A stretch of DNA of 64,000 nt from Spirochaetota bacterium (GTDB taxonomy: Bacteria; Spirochaetota; UBA6919; CBDBPB01). Positions 48,230-58,782 of the stretch are shown here, one piece after another. Positions within the stretch are counted from its first letter, which is position 1; every line of letters starts with the position of its first letter. The stretch lies in assembly GCA_965208615.1 (NCBI GenBank), contig CBDBPB010000007.1, positions 32,001-96,000 of the forward strand. The letters are read 5' to 3'. The position numbers and the translations under genes were made by a program. A model generated the notes under the pieces. That model made no database searches, was not told the DNA's origin, and was given only the letters and a program-made list of their open reading frames with translations.

Positions 48230-50122
48230 ATGGGGTATCAGCAATTATACGATGAGTCAATAAATGATCCTATAGGGTTTTGGGATAAGGCCGCTAAGGA
48301 TATTATATGGGATAAGCCTTATCAAAAGGTATTGGATGACTCTAACAAGCCGTTTTACAGGTGGTTTAGTGGTGGAGAGCTAAACACGTGTTATAATGCC
48401 ATTGATTATCATGTTGAGAATGGCAGGGCTAATCAGACTGCTATTATTTATGATAGCCCTGTAACAAATACTATAAGAAGGATTAGTTATAAGGAGTTAC
48501 TGGATGAGGTATCAAGGTTTGCAGGTGTATTAAGGTCATTTGGTGTTGGAAAGGGCGATAGGGTTATAATATATTTACCTATGACTCCAGAGGCACTTAT
48601 TGCAATGTATGCCTGTGCAAGGATTGGAGCTATACACTCAGTAGTGTTTGGTGGATTTGCATCCCATGAGTTAGCCATTAGGATTGATGATGCTGAACCA
48701 AAGTTAATTATATCAGCCTCATGCGGGATTGAGGTTAAGAGGATTGTTGACTATAAAACCTTACTTGATGAGGCTATTGATCAGGCTAATCATAAGGTGG
48801 ATAAGTGTATTATATATCAGAGGAGTCAACATATATGTCATTTGAAAGAGGGCAGGGATTTTGACTGGTATAAGCTTATGGAGACTGCTAAATCTGTTGA
48901 TTGCGTATCTGTTAAGGCCAGTGACCCTCTATATATATTATATACCTCTGGTACAACGGGTATACCAAAGGGCATAGTGAGGGATAATGGTGGTCATGCT
49001 GTTGCACTGAAGTGGTCTATGAGGTATATATATGATGTTAGCCCTGGGGATGTTTATTGGGCGGCTTCTGACGTTGGATGGGTTGTTGGACATTCATATA
49101 TAGTCTATGCACCTCTTTTGTACGGCTGTACTACTGTGGTATACGAGGGAAAGCCTGTTGGTACTCCTGATGCAGGGGCATTTTATAGGGTTATTCAGGA
49201 TCATAATGTAAAAGTTTTGTTTACTGCTCCAACTGCTTTTAGGGCTATCAAAAAGGAGGATCCTAATGGGGAGCATTTAAAGCGGTATAACATATCTGGT
49301 TTTAAGTATCTTTTTTTAGCTGGTGAGCGTTTAGACCCTGATACATATTACTGGGCGTGTAATTTATTAAAAGTACCTGTTATTGATCATTGGTGGCAAA
49401 CCGAAACTGGATGGGCTATTGTAGCTAATTGTATGGGTGTTGAGTCACTTGATCAAAAGGCTGGTTCGTCTACAAAGGCTGTACCTGGCTATAAGGTAGA
49501 GGTTGTTGATGAGAAGGGTGAAGTTTGTTCTCCTGATGCTGAGGGATCGGTTACCATAAAGCTACCCTTACCACCGGGTGCATTATTATCTTTGTGGAAT
49601 AATGATAGGCGTTATAAAGAGTCATATCTTGATACTAATCCGGGTAGGTATACCACTGGGGATGGGGGTTTTATTGATAATGACGACTACGTTTTTATTA
49701 TGGGGCGAACTGATGATGTTATTATTGTAGCTGGGCATAATTTATCTACAGGTAGTTTAGAGGAGGTTATAGCCTCACATCCTGATATTGCAGAGTGTGC
49801 TGTTATAGGGGCATCGGATAAGTTAAAAACGCAACTACCTCTTGGACTTGTTGTGCTAAAAGCTGGTGTTAAAAAGGATCATGCTATTATCATAAAAGAG
49901 CTTGTACAGTTAGTTAGGCATAAGATTGGACCAGTTGCTAATTTTAAGCAATGTATTATTGTAAATAGGCTACCTAAGACTCGTTCTGGTAAGATATTAA
50001 GGGCTGTTATGAGGAAGATTGCTGATCAAAAGGATTATAATATACCATCTACTATTGAGGATCCTGTTGTTTTGGACGAGATAGCAGAAGGTTTATTATC
50101 TATTGGTTACGGTAAAAAGTAG
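48230..50122 (+). CDS. prpE: Propionyl-CoA synthetase
   Basis: YTSGTTG.PKG.VRDNGGHAVAL, DHWWQTETG and LPKTRSGKILR motifs. Confidence 0.9.
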   Translation: MGYQQLYDESINDPIGFWDKAAKDIIWDKPYQKVLDDSNKPFYRWFSGGELNTCYNAIDYHVENGRANQTAIIYDSPVTNTIRRISYKELLDEVSRFAGVLRSFGVGKGDRVIIYLPMTPEALIAMYACARIGAIHSVVFGGFASHELAIRIDDAEPKLIISASCGIEVKRIVDYKTLLDEAIDQANHKVDKCIIYQRSQHICHLKEGRDFDWYKLMETAKSVDCVSVKASDPLYILYTSGTTGIPKGIVRDNGGHAVALKWSMRYIYDVSPGDVYWAASDVGWVVGHSYIVYAPLLYGCTTVVYEGKPVGTPDAGAFYRVIQDHNVKVLFTAPTAFRAIKKEDPNGEHLKRYNISGFKYLFLAGERLDPDTYYWACNLLKVPVIDHWWQTETGWAIVANCMGVESLDQKAGSSTKAVPGYKVEVVDEKGEVCSPDAEGSVTIKLPLPPGALLSLWNNDRRYKESYLDTNPGRYTTGDGGFIDNDDYVFIMGRTDDVIIVAGHNLSTGSLEEVIASHPDIAECAVIGASDKLKTQLPLGLVVLKAGVKKDHAIIIKELVQLVRHKIGPVANFKQCIIVNRLPKTRSGKILRAVMRKIADQKDYNIPSTIEDPVVLDEIAEGLLSIGYGKK

Positions 50123-50220
50123 CTGTCGTACAACATCCTATATATTGTTAGTCTAATATTTACGAGCTTATTGTAGATATTAGAATACTATCTTATCTAA
50201 ATTATACAGCCGAATATGGG

Positions 50221-50257
50221 CTATTGACTTATCTGTAATTTCTTTTTAATTTTAAAT
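50221..50257 (+). repeat. 37-bp direct repeat, copy 1 (35/37 match to 50941-50977)
   Basis: CTATTGACTTA.CT.TAATTTCTTTTTAATTTTAAAT, with the two copies 720 bp apart. Confidence 0.85.
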
Positions 50258-50350
50258 AGATTTTATTTATATTTTGTTAAGTTTTAGAAATATAAGTTAG
50301 CTTAGAGTACTTTTGATCTACACTATTAGGACAATTAGTAACAAATATTC

Positions 50351-50928
50351 TAGTAGGTTATTGTAAAAGCGTTTTAAGTTTATCGATTTTTATAGATACA
50401 AACTGTTTTATTATTTTCAATTCACATAGAAAACATATAATGTCAATATAGAATATTCTAATAATCCGCCCTATCCTTTTATGGAACAGCAAATTCCTTG
50501 TCACTTAATAAAGGTCTATAATTCTTAGTCTCAGTAAGGGATTCTTAATAGCTCTCGTAGTGATGACTACTTGCATAAAAAGTGATATTTTGTGTTCATT
50601 GCTAAAGTATTTAAGCAGCACTTAAAGAGCATAGTGGGATAACCTTCTTGATACAAGAAAATAACTTTTTCATAAATATTTTAACTTTCCTGTTCCATAA
50701 AGAAATCTAAAATTCACTTGCCTTTACATTATATGTCTTGCTTTTTACCTTGTATGACTCGTCATAACTCTATCATAAAATGATAACTAAATTATTAAAT
50801 AATATCTCTCTGAATAACCTGGATTATCACAAAATACCTTCTTATTATGTTTACCTATACCAAATATAGATTCCTAATAAATTATAAAAATATCCCGTAA
50901 AACTCCTTTACAATAACTCTAGCAGAAT
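50351..50928. mobile_element. Degenerate IS/MITE-like element with terminal inverted repeats
   Basis: GTTATTGTAAAAGCGTTTTA (50357-50376) matches the reverse complement of 50898-50917 at 18/20. No intact ORF. Homologous pieces at 8.4 and 14.8 kb. Confidence 0.65.
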
Positions 50929-50940
50929 GATCGAAAAGCC

Positions 50941-50977
50941 CTATTGACTTAACTATAATTTCTTTTTAATTTTAAAT
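50941..50977 (+). promoter_or_regulatory. 37-bp direct repeat, copy 2; putative cysS promoter
   Basis: TTGACT-17 bp-TAATTT, about 45 bp upstream of the cysS start (AGGGAG RBS). Confidence 0.5.
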
Positions 50978-51017
50978 GATACACAAACTGTTAATTTAAA
51001 GGGAGACTAATAATAAC

Positions 51018-52415
51018 ATGGCATTACAATTTTATAATACGCTTAGTAGAAAAAAAGAAAACTTTATACCCCTATCTGATGGAGAGGTATTACTATATAC
51101 TTGTGGACCTACTATTTATAACCATATCCACATTGGTAATTTAAGGACTTTCTTATTTGAGGATATTTTAGTACGTTATTTAAGGTATAAGGGGTATAAG
51201 GTTAGGCAGATCATGAACTTAACCGATGTCGATGATAAAACAATTAAAAACTCTATTAAAGAGGGAAAGTCATTAAAAGACTATACTAATAAGTATAAAC
51301 AATCCTTCTTTCACGACATTAACCTTTTAAATATAACTCCAGCAGAAAGCTATCCCGCGGCTACTGATCACATTGAGGATATGGTAAGGCTTATCCAAAA
51401 GCTTAGTCAAAACGGATATACCTATGAAATCGCCGGCTCTACATATTTTAGTATAAATAAGTTTAAGGATTATGGTAAACTTGCTCATTTGGATAAGTCG
51501 AGTTTAAGGGCTGGAGCAGGCGGAAGGGTATCTTCTGACGAGTACGATAAAGAAAATGTTAGCGACTTTGTTTTGTGGAAGGCTCATACAAAAGACGATG
51601 GTGACGTTTATTGGAATACACCCATTGGTAAAGGTAGACCTGGATGGCATATAGAGTGCAGTGGTATGAGTATGAGGTATTTGGGGGAGACATTTGACAT
51701 CCACACTGGCGGAGTGGATAATATATTCCCTCATCATGAAAATGAAATTGCTCAAAGTGAGGGTGCAACAGCTAAGAAGTTCGTTAATTATTGGATGCAC
51801 TCCGAGTTCCTTAATCTTAAAGGTGAGAAAAGCTCTAAAAGTAAGGGCAATGTTATTTACTTAAAAGATCTCTTGGATAAAGGCTTTTCTAAAGAGGCTA
51901 TACGCTTTAGCCTTATTCAGTCTCATTATAGGTCTAAGATAAACTATGGTGATGATATTTTGGATCAGGCAAAATCAACTCTCGCCGGCATAAATTATTT
52001 TATACAACGATGCCTTCAGATAAACAAAACAACTCATAATTGTGAAAAGGTCATGGATATTATATCCACTGGGCTTAGTAAGTTCGAAAACGCTATGGAT
52101 GATGATCTGAACATATCCTTGGCATTGGCTGGCGTTTTTGAGGTTATTAAAAACTTGAATCTTAACTTTGATAGCTTGTCCAAGAACGATATTACTAGAA
52201 TAATAGACTTTTTTCGCAAGATAAATGAGGTTTTAGGTGTTCTTTCTTTTGAGAGACCTATTTTAGATGAAGAGATAAATAGGTTAATAAAAGAGCGTAA
52301 TACTGCAAGACAAAAAAAAGACTATATTACGGCTGATACAATTAGAGACCGTCTTAAAGAAAGCGGAATACTTTTAGAAGACACTCCTAAAGGAGTTATT
52401 TGGAAAAAGGTATAA
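51018..52415 (+). CDS. cysS: Cysteine--tRNA ligase
   Basis: [24 protein letters not shown] and KSSKS (KMSKS variant) motifs. Confidence 0.97.
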   Translation: MALQFYNTLSRKKENFIPLSDGEVLLYTCGPTIYNHIHIGNLRTFLFEDILVRYLRYKGYKVRQIMNLTDVDDKTIKNSIKEGKSLKDYTNKYKQSFFHDINLLNITPAESYPAATDHIEDMVRLIQKLSQNGYTYEIAGSTYFSINKFKDYGKLAHLDKSSLRAGAGGRVSSDEYDKENVSDFVLWKAHTKDDGDVYWNTPIGKGRPGWHIECSGMSMRYLGETFDIHTGGVDNIFPHHENEIAQSEGATAKKFVNYWMHSEFLNLKGEKSSKSKGNVIYLKDLLDKGFSKEAIRFSLIQSHYRSKINYGDDILDQAKSTLAGINYFIQRCLQINKTTHNCEKVMDIISTGLSKFENAMDDDLNISLALAGVFEVIKNLNLNFDSLSKNDITRIIDFFRKINEVLGVLSFERPILDEEINRLIKERNTARQKKDYITADTIRDRLKESGILLEDTPKGVIWKKV

Positions 52416-52436
52416 TATGGATGGTGTTATGATCTG

Positions 52437-52907
52437 ATGAGAGAATATGAGATTAATGTTGGTGTAGGTGAGATGGTAAGTGCATGTAGCCCTACTATAT
52501 TAAAAACAATTTTAGGTTCATGCGTTGCTCTTATATTATATGATAAGATAAATCAGGTTGGGGGAATGGCTCATATATTCCTACCCAAAAAAAAAGACTC
52601 TAACTCTAATGAACCAAATGGTAAGTATGCTGATACAGCTGTACCTTCTCTTTTAGAAGAGATTATTAAACTAGGTGCTAAAAAGCAGTATATTTTTGCT
52701 TTTATGGTTGGCGGCGGTAATATCTTTCAGCATAGTAGAAGAGGTGGTATTCCAACAATTGCTGAAAGTAATGTTAAAAGCACTAAAAAAGAACTTAAAA
52801 AGATAGGCCTTAATTTAGTTGGACTAGATGTAAGGCGTGATAAGGGGTGTAAAGTTAGATTTAATCTGGATTCTGGGGATATTAAAGTAGAAGACTTAAA
52901 AAAATAA
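52437..52907 (+). CDS. cheD: Chemoreceptor glutamine deamidase CheD
   Basis: TILGSCVAL, GGMAHIFLP, KYADTA and GGG motifs. Confidence 0.9.
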   Translation: MREYEINVGVGEMVSACSPTILKTILGSCVALILYDKINQVGGMAHIFLPKKKDSNSNEPNGKYADTAVPSLLEEIIKLGAKKQYIFAFMVGGGNIFQHSRRGGIPTIAESNVKSTKKELKKIGLNLVGLDVRRDKGCKVRFNLDSGDIKVEDLKK

Positions 52908-52943
52908 CGAAAACTTAATATAAGTTTAAATAAGGATAAAACT

Positions 52944-53414
52944 GTGAAGCAAGACCATTTTAAACATACTGTTTTGGATGTATTTCAGTCTTTTACAAAA
53001 ATATTCTTTGATTATAGTCCTGTTTGTAAGGTTGCTAGCCGTACCAAAAAGCATGAAAAGCGTTTTGATAATATTATTTTTATAACAATATTGGGTGATA
53101 TAGAAGGCGGATTTACATTAGAAATTGATAATGAAACTGTTCATGGATTATTATGTAAAATAAATCAAGTTAGACTAGAAAAACAAATGGATATGGATAT
53201 CCTTATAAAAAGTTATATAGGAGAGTTTGCTAATATTTTAGTCAGTAAAATAATTGCTAACTTGGGTAGGAAATTTGGTAATACTTTGTTATCAAGCCCT
53301 TCTCTGTTTTCTGGAATGAGAATCGATGCTACTTTATTTTATGATGAAACTTATACTGCTTATATAATATGTGAAGTAGGGGTTTTAAAAATTAGTATAT
53401 CAATTAAGAATTAG
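52944..53414 (+). CDS. cheX: CheX-like chemotaxis phosphatase
   Basis: GDIEG, IGEFANIL (ExxN) and SSP motifs. Next to cheD. Confidence 0.75.
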   Translation: MKQDHFKHTVLDVFQSFTKIFFDYSPVCKVASRTKKHEKRFDNIIFITILGDIEGGFTLEIDNETVHGLLCKINQVRLEKQMDMDILIKSYIGEFANILVSKIIANLGRKFGNTLLSSPSLFSGMRIDATLFYDETYTAYIICEVGVLKISISIKN

Positions 53415-53420
53415 ATTAAA

Positions 53421-53807
53421 CTAGTTCTTAGTTTTTTCACAATAGTTAATTTTTTCTTTAATGGTAAAAGAAAATCTATTTTTAAATCTTTTTTCTTTTA
53501 CTAAGGCAAACCTCCCCCCTCCGATATAGTATATTTTATCTTTATTTTTTATGTCAAAGCTTTTTTTTATCTTTGATGTAATACAGTTAAAGTGGGCATC
53601 TTCTTTAGTTGTTTTTTCTTTAATTGCTGTTAGACGATCTTTAACCTCTTTTGAGCAAATTGGACAAATACTAAAAGAAGGTTTTTCTTCTTTTTTTTTG
53701 TCGACTTTATAATATTTCTTACTACTTTTATTTTTCATAGGTTTAGTAATATTATTTGATGACGGATTATTAGTTTTTTTATCTTTTTGTTTACTGTCTT
53801 TTCTCAT
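53421..53807 (-). CDS. Hypothetical protein, putative Zn-binding
   Basis: CPIC...AHFNC and YIGGGRF motifs. Confidence 0.7.
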   Translation of the reverse strand: MRKDSKQKDKKTNNPSSNNITKPMKNKSSKKYYKVDKKKEEKPSFSICPICSKEVKDRLTAIKEKTTKEDAHFNCITSKIKKSFDIKNKDKIYYIGGGRFALVKEKRFKNRFSFTIKEKINYCEKTKN

Positions 53808-53913
53808 GGATAGCTCTACTTATATTTTATTTGGATAGATTATTAATATTAATAACGTTAATAGTTTTTGTCAAATTTGATAGTGGTATTGCTACTAGTT
53901 TAGAGATAGGCTG

Positions 53914-54876
53914 TTAGAGGTTGTCTATATATTTATAATGGCTTTTGAACTTATATCTAGTTGTTTTTTTGTTATTATGTTTTTCTTGTTTAATTAGCTT
54001 TACAAGCTGATGATATTTTTGTTCGGATATTTGTTTTAGTCTATCTAGGAGGTTCCTATATATGCGGGACTTATAATTAAGTACATTATTGTGGAGGCTT
54101 TTATCTATTAGACTGATTTTTATTTTTTGTTTATTATATTCACTGGGTATACCTCTAACTGAGTCTATTTTAAATAGATTTTTAAAGGTATGTTTTTTAG
54201 TGTTTATGGTTATTTGGGTATTTTTATATTTCCAGGATAACATAATCTTTTCTGCATTACTTTTACTGCGTATGTATTTATATTTACCATACTTAGCCTT
54301 AAAGTTATTAAAGAGTCTTTTAAAGCTGTCCAGGTTAACCGCTATATCATAATTAACTCCATAGAGCTTATCATTATAAAAATAAAAAGAAATATTTTGT
54401 AGATACGGATTTATAATTGAAAGATCGTGGATATTTTCTATCTTTAGATGTTTTAGCTTTAAATAGTTTACATAAAAATTACTTTGTTTTTTAGTATTTA
54501 CTGTTTTGAAGATTGAATAATCCTCATTATTAATGTTAATATCATCAAAGGTTAAATAGTATTTTTGATTGTTAATATTGTATACCATTGAGTATGGGGA
54601 GTATTTATAATGGAATCTCTTAGCCAGCATAAGATAGGGATTAATAAATGTACTCTGCAATGACAGTCTATTGGATATATCATTTATTTTATAGTGCCTT
54701 AGCTTGTCTAAAACAGATTTAATACTATCTTTTAGGTATATATTCTGAAAGCCTATTTTGGGATCAGGTTTTTTAGTATTTCCCATTGCACTAATGGATA
54801 AAATAATTATAATAAAAACTATGCTAACAGCTATTTTATTCAATGTAGAAGATAATTTCATATAGTCTAAGTTCAT
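53914..54876 (-). CDS. Hypothetical exported or membrane-anchored protein
   Basis: 320-aa ORF with an N-terminal hydrophobic segment. Confidence 0.65.
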   Translation of the reverse strand: MNLDYMKLSSTLNKIAVSIVFIIIILSISAMGNTKKPDPKIGFQNIYLKDSIKSVLDKLRHYKINDISNRLSLQSTFINPYLMLAKRFHYKYSPYSMVYNINNQKYYLTFDDININNEDYSIFKTVNTKKQSNFYVNYLKLKHLKIENIHDLSIINPYLQNISFYFYNDKLYGVNYDIAVNLDSFKRLFNNFKAKYGKYKYIRSKSNAEKIMLSWKYKNTQITINTKKHTFKNLFKIDSVRGIPSEYNKQKIKISLIDKSLHNNVLNYKSRIYRNLLDRLKQISEQKYHQLVKLIKQEKHNNKKTTRYKFKSHYKYIDNL

Positions 54877-55747
54877 TTTTTAAGCCAGTGTATATATCTT
54901 TTGGTATTAATTTTATTCCTTTACAAAAAATACTTTTATAAAAGTAGATAATTTGTAATCCTGGTTTATCATCCAGCTCTATGCTGTATATCAAATTATC
55001 ATATAGAGCCTTAGTCTTGCCTATACCGCCGTTATAGTAGCCGGTAAATTGTATTTCTATTTTTCTAATTCGGTGAAAGTTATCCTTAGCTTTAATACTT
55101 TCATAGTTTTGTGCATGCCTATTTATAAACCCTATACCTCTTACTTTAACCTTTGAGTCTAGTTTTTCTTTATTTTTGCTGTAAAAAAATAACTCAAAGA
55201 AGTCGTTGAATTTATAGTTTATCTTTTTATGCCAATAACTACTATATTTTTTATCTACAAGATTGCTAATTTTATCCTTTTTATTAGAACTCCTAATCAA
55301 GTATTTTTTATTAGCTAATTCAAAGCCGCCATCTTTTAAAAAATCCTTTATTTCATCGTCATATAGCAGTGAGAAGTCCTTTGATATATTAGTTTTATTG
55401 TTCTTAGTAAGGGTATATCTATAATCGCTATTGGGGAGCTTTATATTGGAGGTAATAAGACTATCCTTATTTATTATTTTGCTAAAAGAAATAAAACTAT
55501 TAACACTATATTTACTTTTTATAGCTGGATCAAGGTTAACAATTTTATAATTTAGATCATTATTATTGGATATAGTTTTATTGGCAACTAAAATGATATT
55601 TTTATTTTCTTTTAGAATTAATTGTTTTTTTTTAAAGTCAAAGGTAATGTTTTCTCCTTCGAGATGCCATAGTCCTTTGATCTCACTGTTAGAACAACTG
55701 ATTATTAATATAGTTAGAATAATAATATTAATGGAAGTCGTTATCAT
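54836..55747 (-). CDS. Lipoprotein with a possible C-terminal discoidin-like beta-sandwich domain
   Basis: IIS-C lipobox and RIRKIEI..LDD..GLQ.I..IKL...IYTG...EI pattern. Confidence 0.6.
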   Translation of the reverse strand: MITTSINIIILTILIISCSNSEIKGLWHLEGENITFDFKKKQLILKENKNIILVANKTISNNNDLNYKIVNLDPAIKSKYSVNSFISFSKIINKDSLITSNIKLPNSDYRYTLTKNNKTNISKDFSLLYDDEIKDFLKDGGFELANKKYLIRSSNKKDKISNLVDKKYSSYWHKKINYKFNDFFELFFYSKNKEKLDSKVKVRGIGFINRHAQNYESIKAKDNFHRIRKIEIQFTGYYNGGIGKTKALYDNLIYSIELDDKPGLQIIYFYKSIFCKGIKLIPKDIYTGLKNELRLYEIIFYIE

Positions 55748-55959
55748 ATGGCTTATTCATTAGTAGTTTTATATTATCCCTGTAAGAACAGTTGTTTAAA
55801 TAATAATAATTAGTTTTGATTTAATGGGTTAATATTTTAATTTATATGTCTAAAAAGCTTAACTTTTTATATTATATCCCCTCTACTATAACTATTTTAT
55901 TTACTATCTTTATATATATACACCACTAAACTAAGCGGCTTATAACTTTAGGAGGACAA

Positions 55960-56988
55960 ATGAAGCTAGATAATAGTTATAGTGAAAAGGAAGAACTAGT
56001 CTTTTTAAAAAGTCGATTTCTTATAAATGAAAAAAACCTCTATGGAGTCTTTTATATATTATTTAATATCAATAATAATGGCTATGAGAAAGTAGATATT
56101 ATTGCCTCAAGATATAGAGACTTTATAGAAGAAGCTTTTCCAATCAAACTTTGGTCAACATATAGCTGGATAGATTTAGAACATTTTATTACTATGTCAA
56201 AAATTAAGGGTCAGTATGCTGATGTTCAAACTAAGGATATACATGATGCAATTGATATAGTTTTAAAATCTATAAACGTTAGTCTTTTAGTGTTAGAGAT
56301 AAAAAAGGAAAAAGTAACTGAACTAGAACAAGAGTTTACTAATATATTTATAAAGGCAGTAGGTAACTGTAGTCCTGTATTTGAGTTTACTTTTGAATCT
56401 ACTACATACGCACAAATTGAGAGTCAAAAAAAGGATAAGGAAAAATTATATGACGAACAACAAAAAGATATAGCTACTAAGACAGTAGAGTTCGAACAGG
56501 TAAAAAAACAAATTATACCAGGTGATGCCGCATTAATAAATGTTTTATTCGTATTAGCACCAATTAGCGGTGTGCCTATAGAAAAGCTAAATGTCGGGGA
56601 TAGAGTTATGATTAAGGTTGATATTAGTGATCCTAAGAGCAATTATTTTGCGGATATATTAAACTCAGTAAAGGATAAAAAAGCTAATCCCATACCAGCC
56701 ATTATAGAGAAAATAGAGAAAACACCTAAAGGAGGCTATTTTGTTCTTACTAAAATACAGGATGGAATATATGGTCAGCTTACTGAAGAGGAGCCTATTA
56801 AGGTACAAGAGGTTGATAACGAAAAATATAAACTTTTAGAAAAGCATAATACTAAAAAATCCCATGACTATTATGATCCAGAGTCTATTGTGATGAATAA
56901 AAAGGATAATATGCAGTTAATAATTTTACTTTCGGCTTTTGCTCTAATTATTACTGCTGTATTATATATATTTTTTGTATTCTATTGA
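55960..56988 (+). CDS. Hypothetical protein with a C-terminal TM (DUF4899-like)
   Basis: AGGAGG RBS, VLAPISGVPIEKLNVGDRV motif, C-terminal anchor. The family call is tentative. Confidence 0.6.
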   Translation: MKLDNSYSEKEELVFLKSRFLINEKNLYGVFYILFNINNNGYEKVDIIASRYRDFIEEAFPIKLWSTYSWIDLEHFITMSKIKGQYADVQTKDIHDAIDIVLKSINVSLLVLEIKKEKVTELEQEFTNIFIKAVGNCSPVFEFTFESTTYAQIESQKKDKEKLYDEQQKDIATKTVEFEQVKKQIIPGDAALINVLFVLAPISGVPIEKLNVGDRVMIKVDISDPKSNYFADILNSVKDKKANPIPAIIEKIEKTPKGGYFVLTKIQDGIYGQLTEEEPIKVQEVDNEKYKLLEKHNTKKSHDYYDPESIVMNKKDNMQLIILLSAFALIITAVLYIFFVFY

Positions 56989-57075
56989 AAAAGTATTAAT
57001 TTTTGCCACTTTTTTAACGATTTATTAATTAATTCTACATTTTAATTTACCTCTTATAAAGTTATCGAGGATATA

Positions 57076-57540
57076 ATGGTTGAGTACTCTCTAGATAAAC
57101 TGCAGGATTTTATAACAGATATACCTGATTTTGACTATAGCAAAATAGGAAAAAACATAAAAAGTAAAAGTCTAAAACCAAAAGAATCCAAACATGATAT
57201 AGCCGCCTTGAAAACTGATAAACACTTTTCTAAAAGTGAGTTAAAACTAAAAAAGCCTATATCCCCACACTTAAAGCTTATTATGGATGTAAAACTTAAT
57301 GTTAGTGTTGAGATTGGTAAAACAAATATTACTCTGGATGACATATTAAAGCTGGAGGATGGATCAATTATAAGGCTGAATAATAATGCTAGTGAGCCTA
57401 TAGACATAATTGTTGATGATATTCCAATAGCTAAAGGCGAGGTCATAATTATAGATGAGTCTTTTGGTATAAGGCTTGTAGAAAAGTTATCCAACAAAGA
57501 GCAGAAACTTATCATCTTTAATAAAAATGTACAAAAATAA
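57076..57540 (+). CDS. fliN: Flagellar motor switch protein FliN-like
   Basis: LIMDVKLNVSVEIGKT, GSIIRL and IAKGEVIII.ESFGIRL motifs. Confidence 0.85.
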   Translation: MVEYSLDKLQDFITDIPDFDYSKIGKNIKSKSLKPKESKHDIAALKTDKHFSKSELKLKKPISPHLKLIMDVKLNVSVEIGKTNITLDDILKLEDGSIIRLNNNASEPIDIIVDDIPIAKGEVIIIDESFGIRLVEKLSNKEQKLIIFNKNVQK

Positions 57541-58138
57541 TTTACACATTTTAAAGATAAAAGATCTTTTAAAAGAATATGTTAGTTATGAGCGATATAA
57601 ACATATACTGTCTGTAGAAGAGACTGCTATTTTTATAGGTAAATATCATAATCTTGATTTAGAAAAGCTATCTTTAGCATCTCTGCTCCACGACTGGGGA
57701 AAGATGTACTCTATAAAAGATATGATTAATATATGCAGGGATAATAACGTTAAACTATCCCCCATGGAGATTGAGAGTCATGGATTACTACATGCTAAGG
57801 TCAGTAGAATAGAGGCTCAGAAACGTTTTAATATTAATGACTTAGAAGTTTTAAATGCCATTAGTAGTCATACTACAGGACGGCTTAATATGTCGTCTTA
57901 TGAACAGGTGATTTTTATTGCTGACTACTGTGAGCCTCTTAGAAAGATAGATAATAGTAAAACTATTTTAGATATAGCTATAAAAGACCTTATTGAGGGT
58001 ATGCTTAAGGTTATATCCCAAAAAATTATATACGTTATAGAAAGGGGACTAGTTATAAGTCCTGTTAGTATAGAGGTATATAATTTTTATCAAAAAGAGT
58101 ATATAAAAAAGAATAAGTTCAATACTAGTTTATACTAA
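57527..58138 (+). CDS. yqeK: HD-domain Ap4A hydrolase YqeK
   Basis: RYKH, LLHD..K, LLH, HTTG and IFIADYCEP.R motifs. Confidence 0.9.
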   Translation: MYKNNLHILKIKDLLKEYVSYERYKHILSVEETAIFIGKYHNLDLEKLSLASLLHDWGKMYSIKDMINICRDNNVKLSPMEIESHGLLHAKVSRIEAQKRFNINDLEVLNAISSHTTGRLNMSSYEQVIFIADYCEPLRKIDNSKTILDIAIKDLIEGMLKVISQKIIYVIERGLVISPVSIEVYNFYQKEYIKKNKFNTSLY

Positions 58139-58625
58139 GGAGTTTTATAGTAAATATTAGGTTTTTGCCTGCTAATGGATGATTAAAGTCTATACTTACT
58201 ATATTGCCGTTGACTTTAGTTATTTTTCCGTGTCTTATATTGCCTAAGCTGTCTTTAACGGATATTTGTTTACCTATTTTAAGGTCAAAGTTTTTAGGGA
58301 ACTTATTTTTATTTATCTTAGCTAATAGTTTTTTTATCCATTTACCGTATCCATCTTGTGGTGGGATTGTTACTACTTTTTGCGTTCCTACTTTCATATT
58401 AATAACGGCCTTGTCAAAGCCTGGTATTACTTGTCCTGTTCCAATGGTAAACTCAAAAGGCCCTCTATTTTTTGATTTATCTATAATCTTACCGTTTTTA
58501 AGCTTTAGTATATAGTGTACTTTTACTTTATCTCCTTTTTTAGCAACTATAGCTTTTTTGGGGTATATATTATTTTGACTAAGGATAATAGCTATCAAAG
58601 TGTATAATAATAAGTTAAGCTTCAT
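58125..58625 (-). CDS. FKBP-type peptidyl-prolyl isomerase (SlyD-like) with a predicted signal peptide
   Basis: GDKVKVHY, GQVIPGFD, PP..GYG, IF-domain insert and DFNHPLAGK.L.F motifs. Confidence 0.9.
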   Translation of the reverse strand: MKLNLLLYTLIAIILSQNNIYPKKAIVAKKGDKVKVHYILKLKNGKIIDKSKNRGPFEFTIGTGQVIPGFDKAVINMKVGTQKVVTIPPQDGYGKWIKKLLAKINKNKFPKNFDLKIGKQISVKDSLGNIRHGKITKVNGNIVSIDFNHPLAGKNLIFTIKLLSIN

Positions 58626-58782
58626 AATATCTCCTGTTTATTACTAATAACGAAACTTACTATATACAAAAATGATAGTCAAGTTAAACTTTGTATAATG
58701 TTAGATATAATACTTTTTTTATTTTTAAGTTAGTGGTATTATCTTAAACATTAGAAAATAAATTTTTACATAAGGAGATTTT

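Noticed and set aside
196-50304. Recurrent TAAGTTAGCTTA 12-mer (196, 1746, reverse at 16016, 50293)
   Set aside because: Two hits are the duplication, and similar AGCTAACTT words occur inside genes. It cannot be separated from compositional bias without a genome-wide count.
50452-50500. NPPY adenine-methyltransferase motif in a + frame
   Set aside because: It lies in a short frame, and the homologous 14.8-kb copy reads NQLY there. Likely chance.
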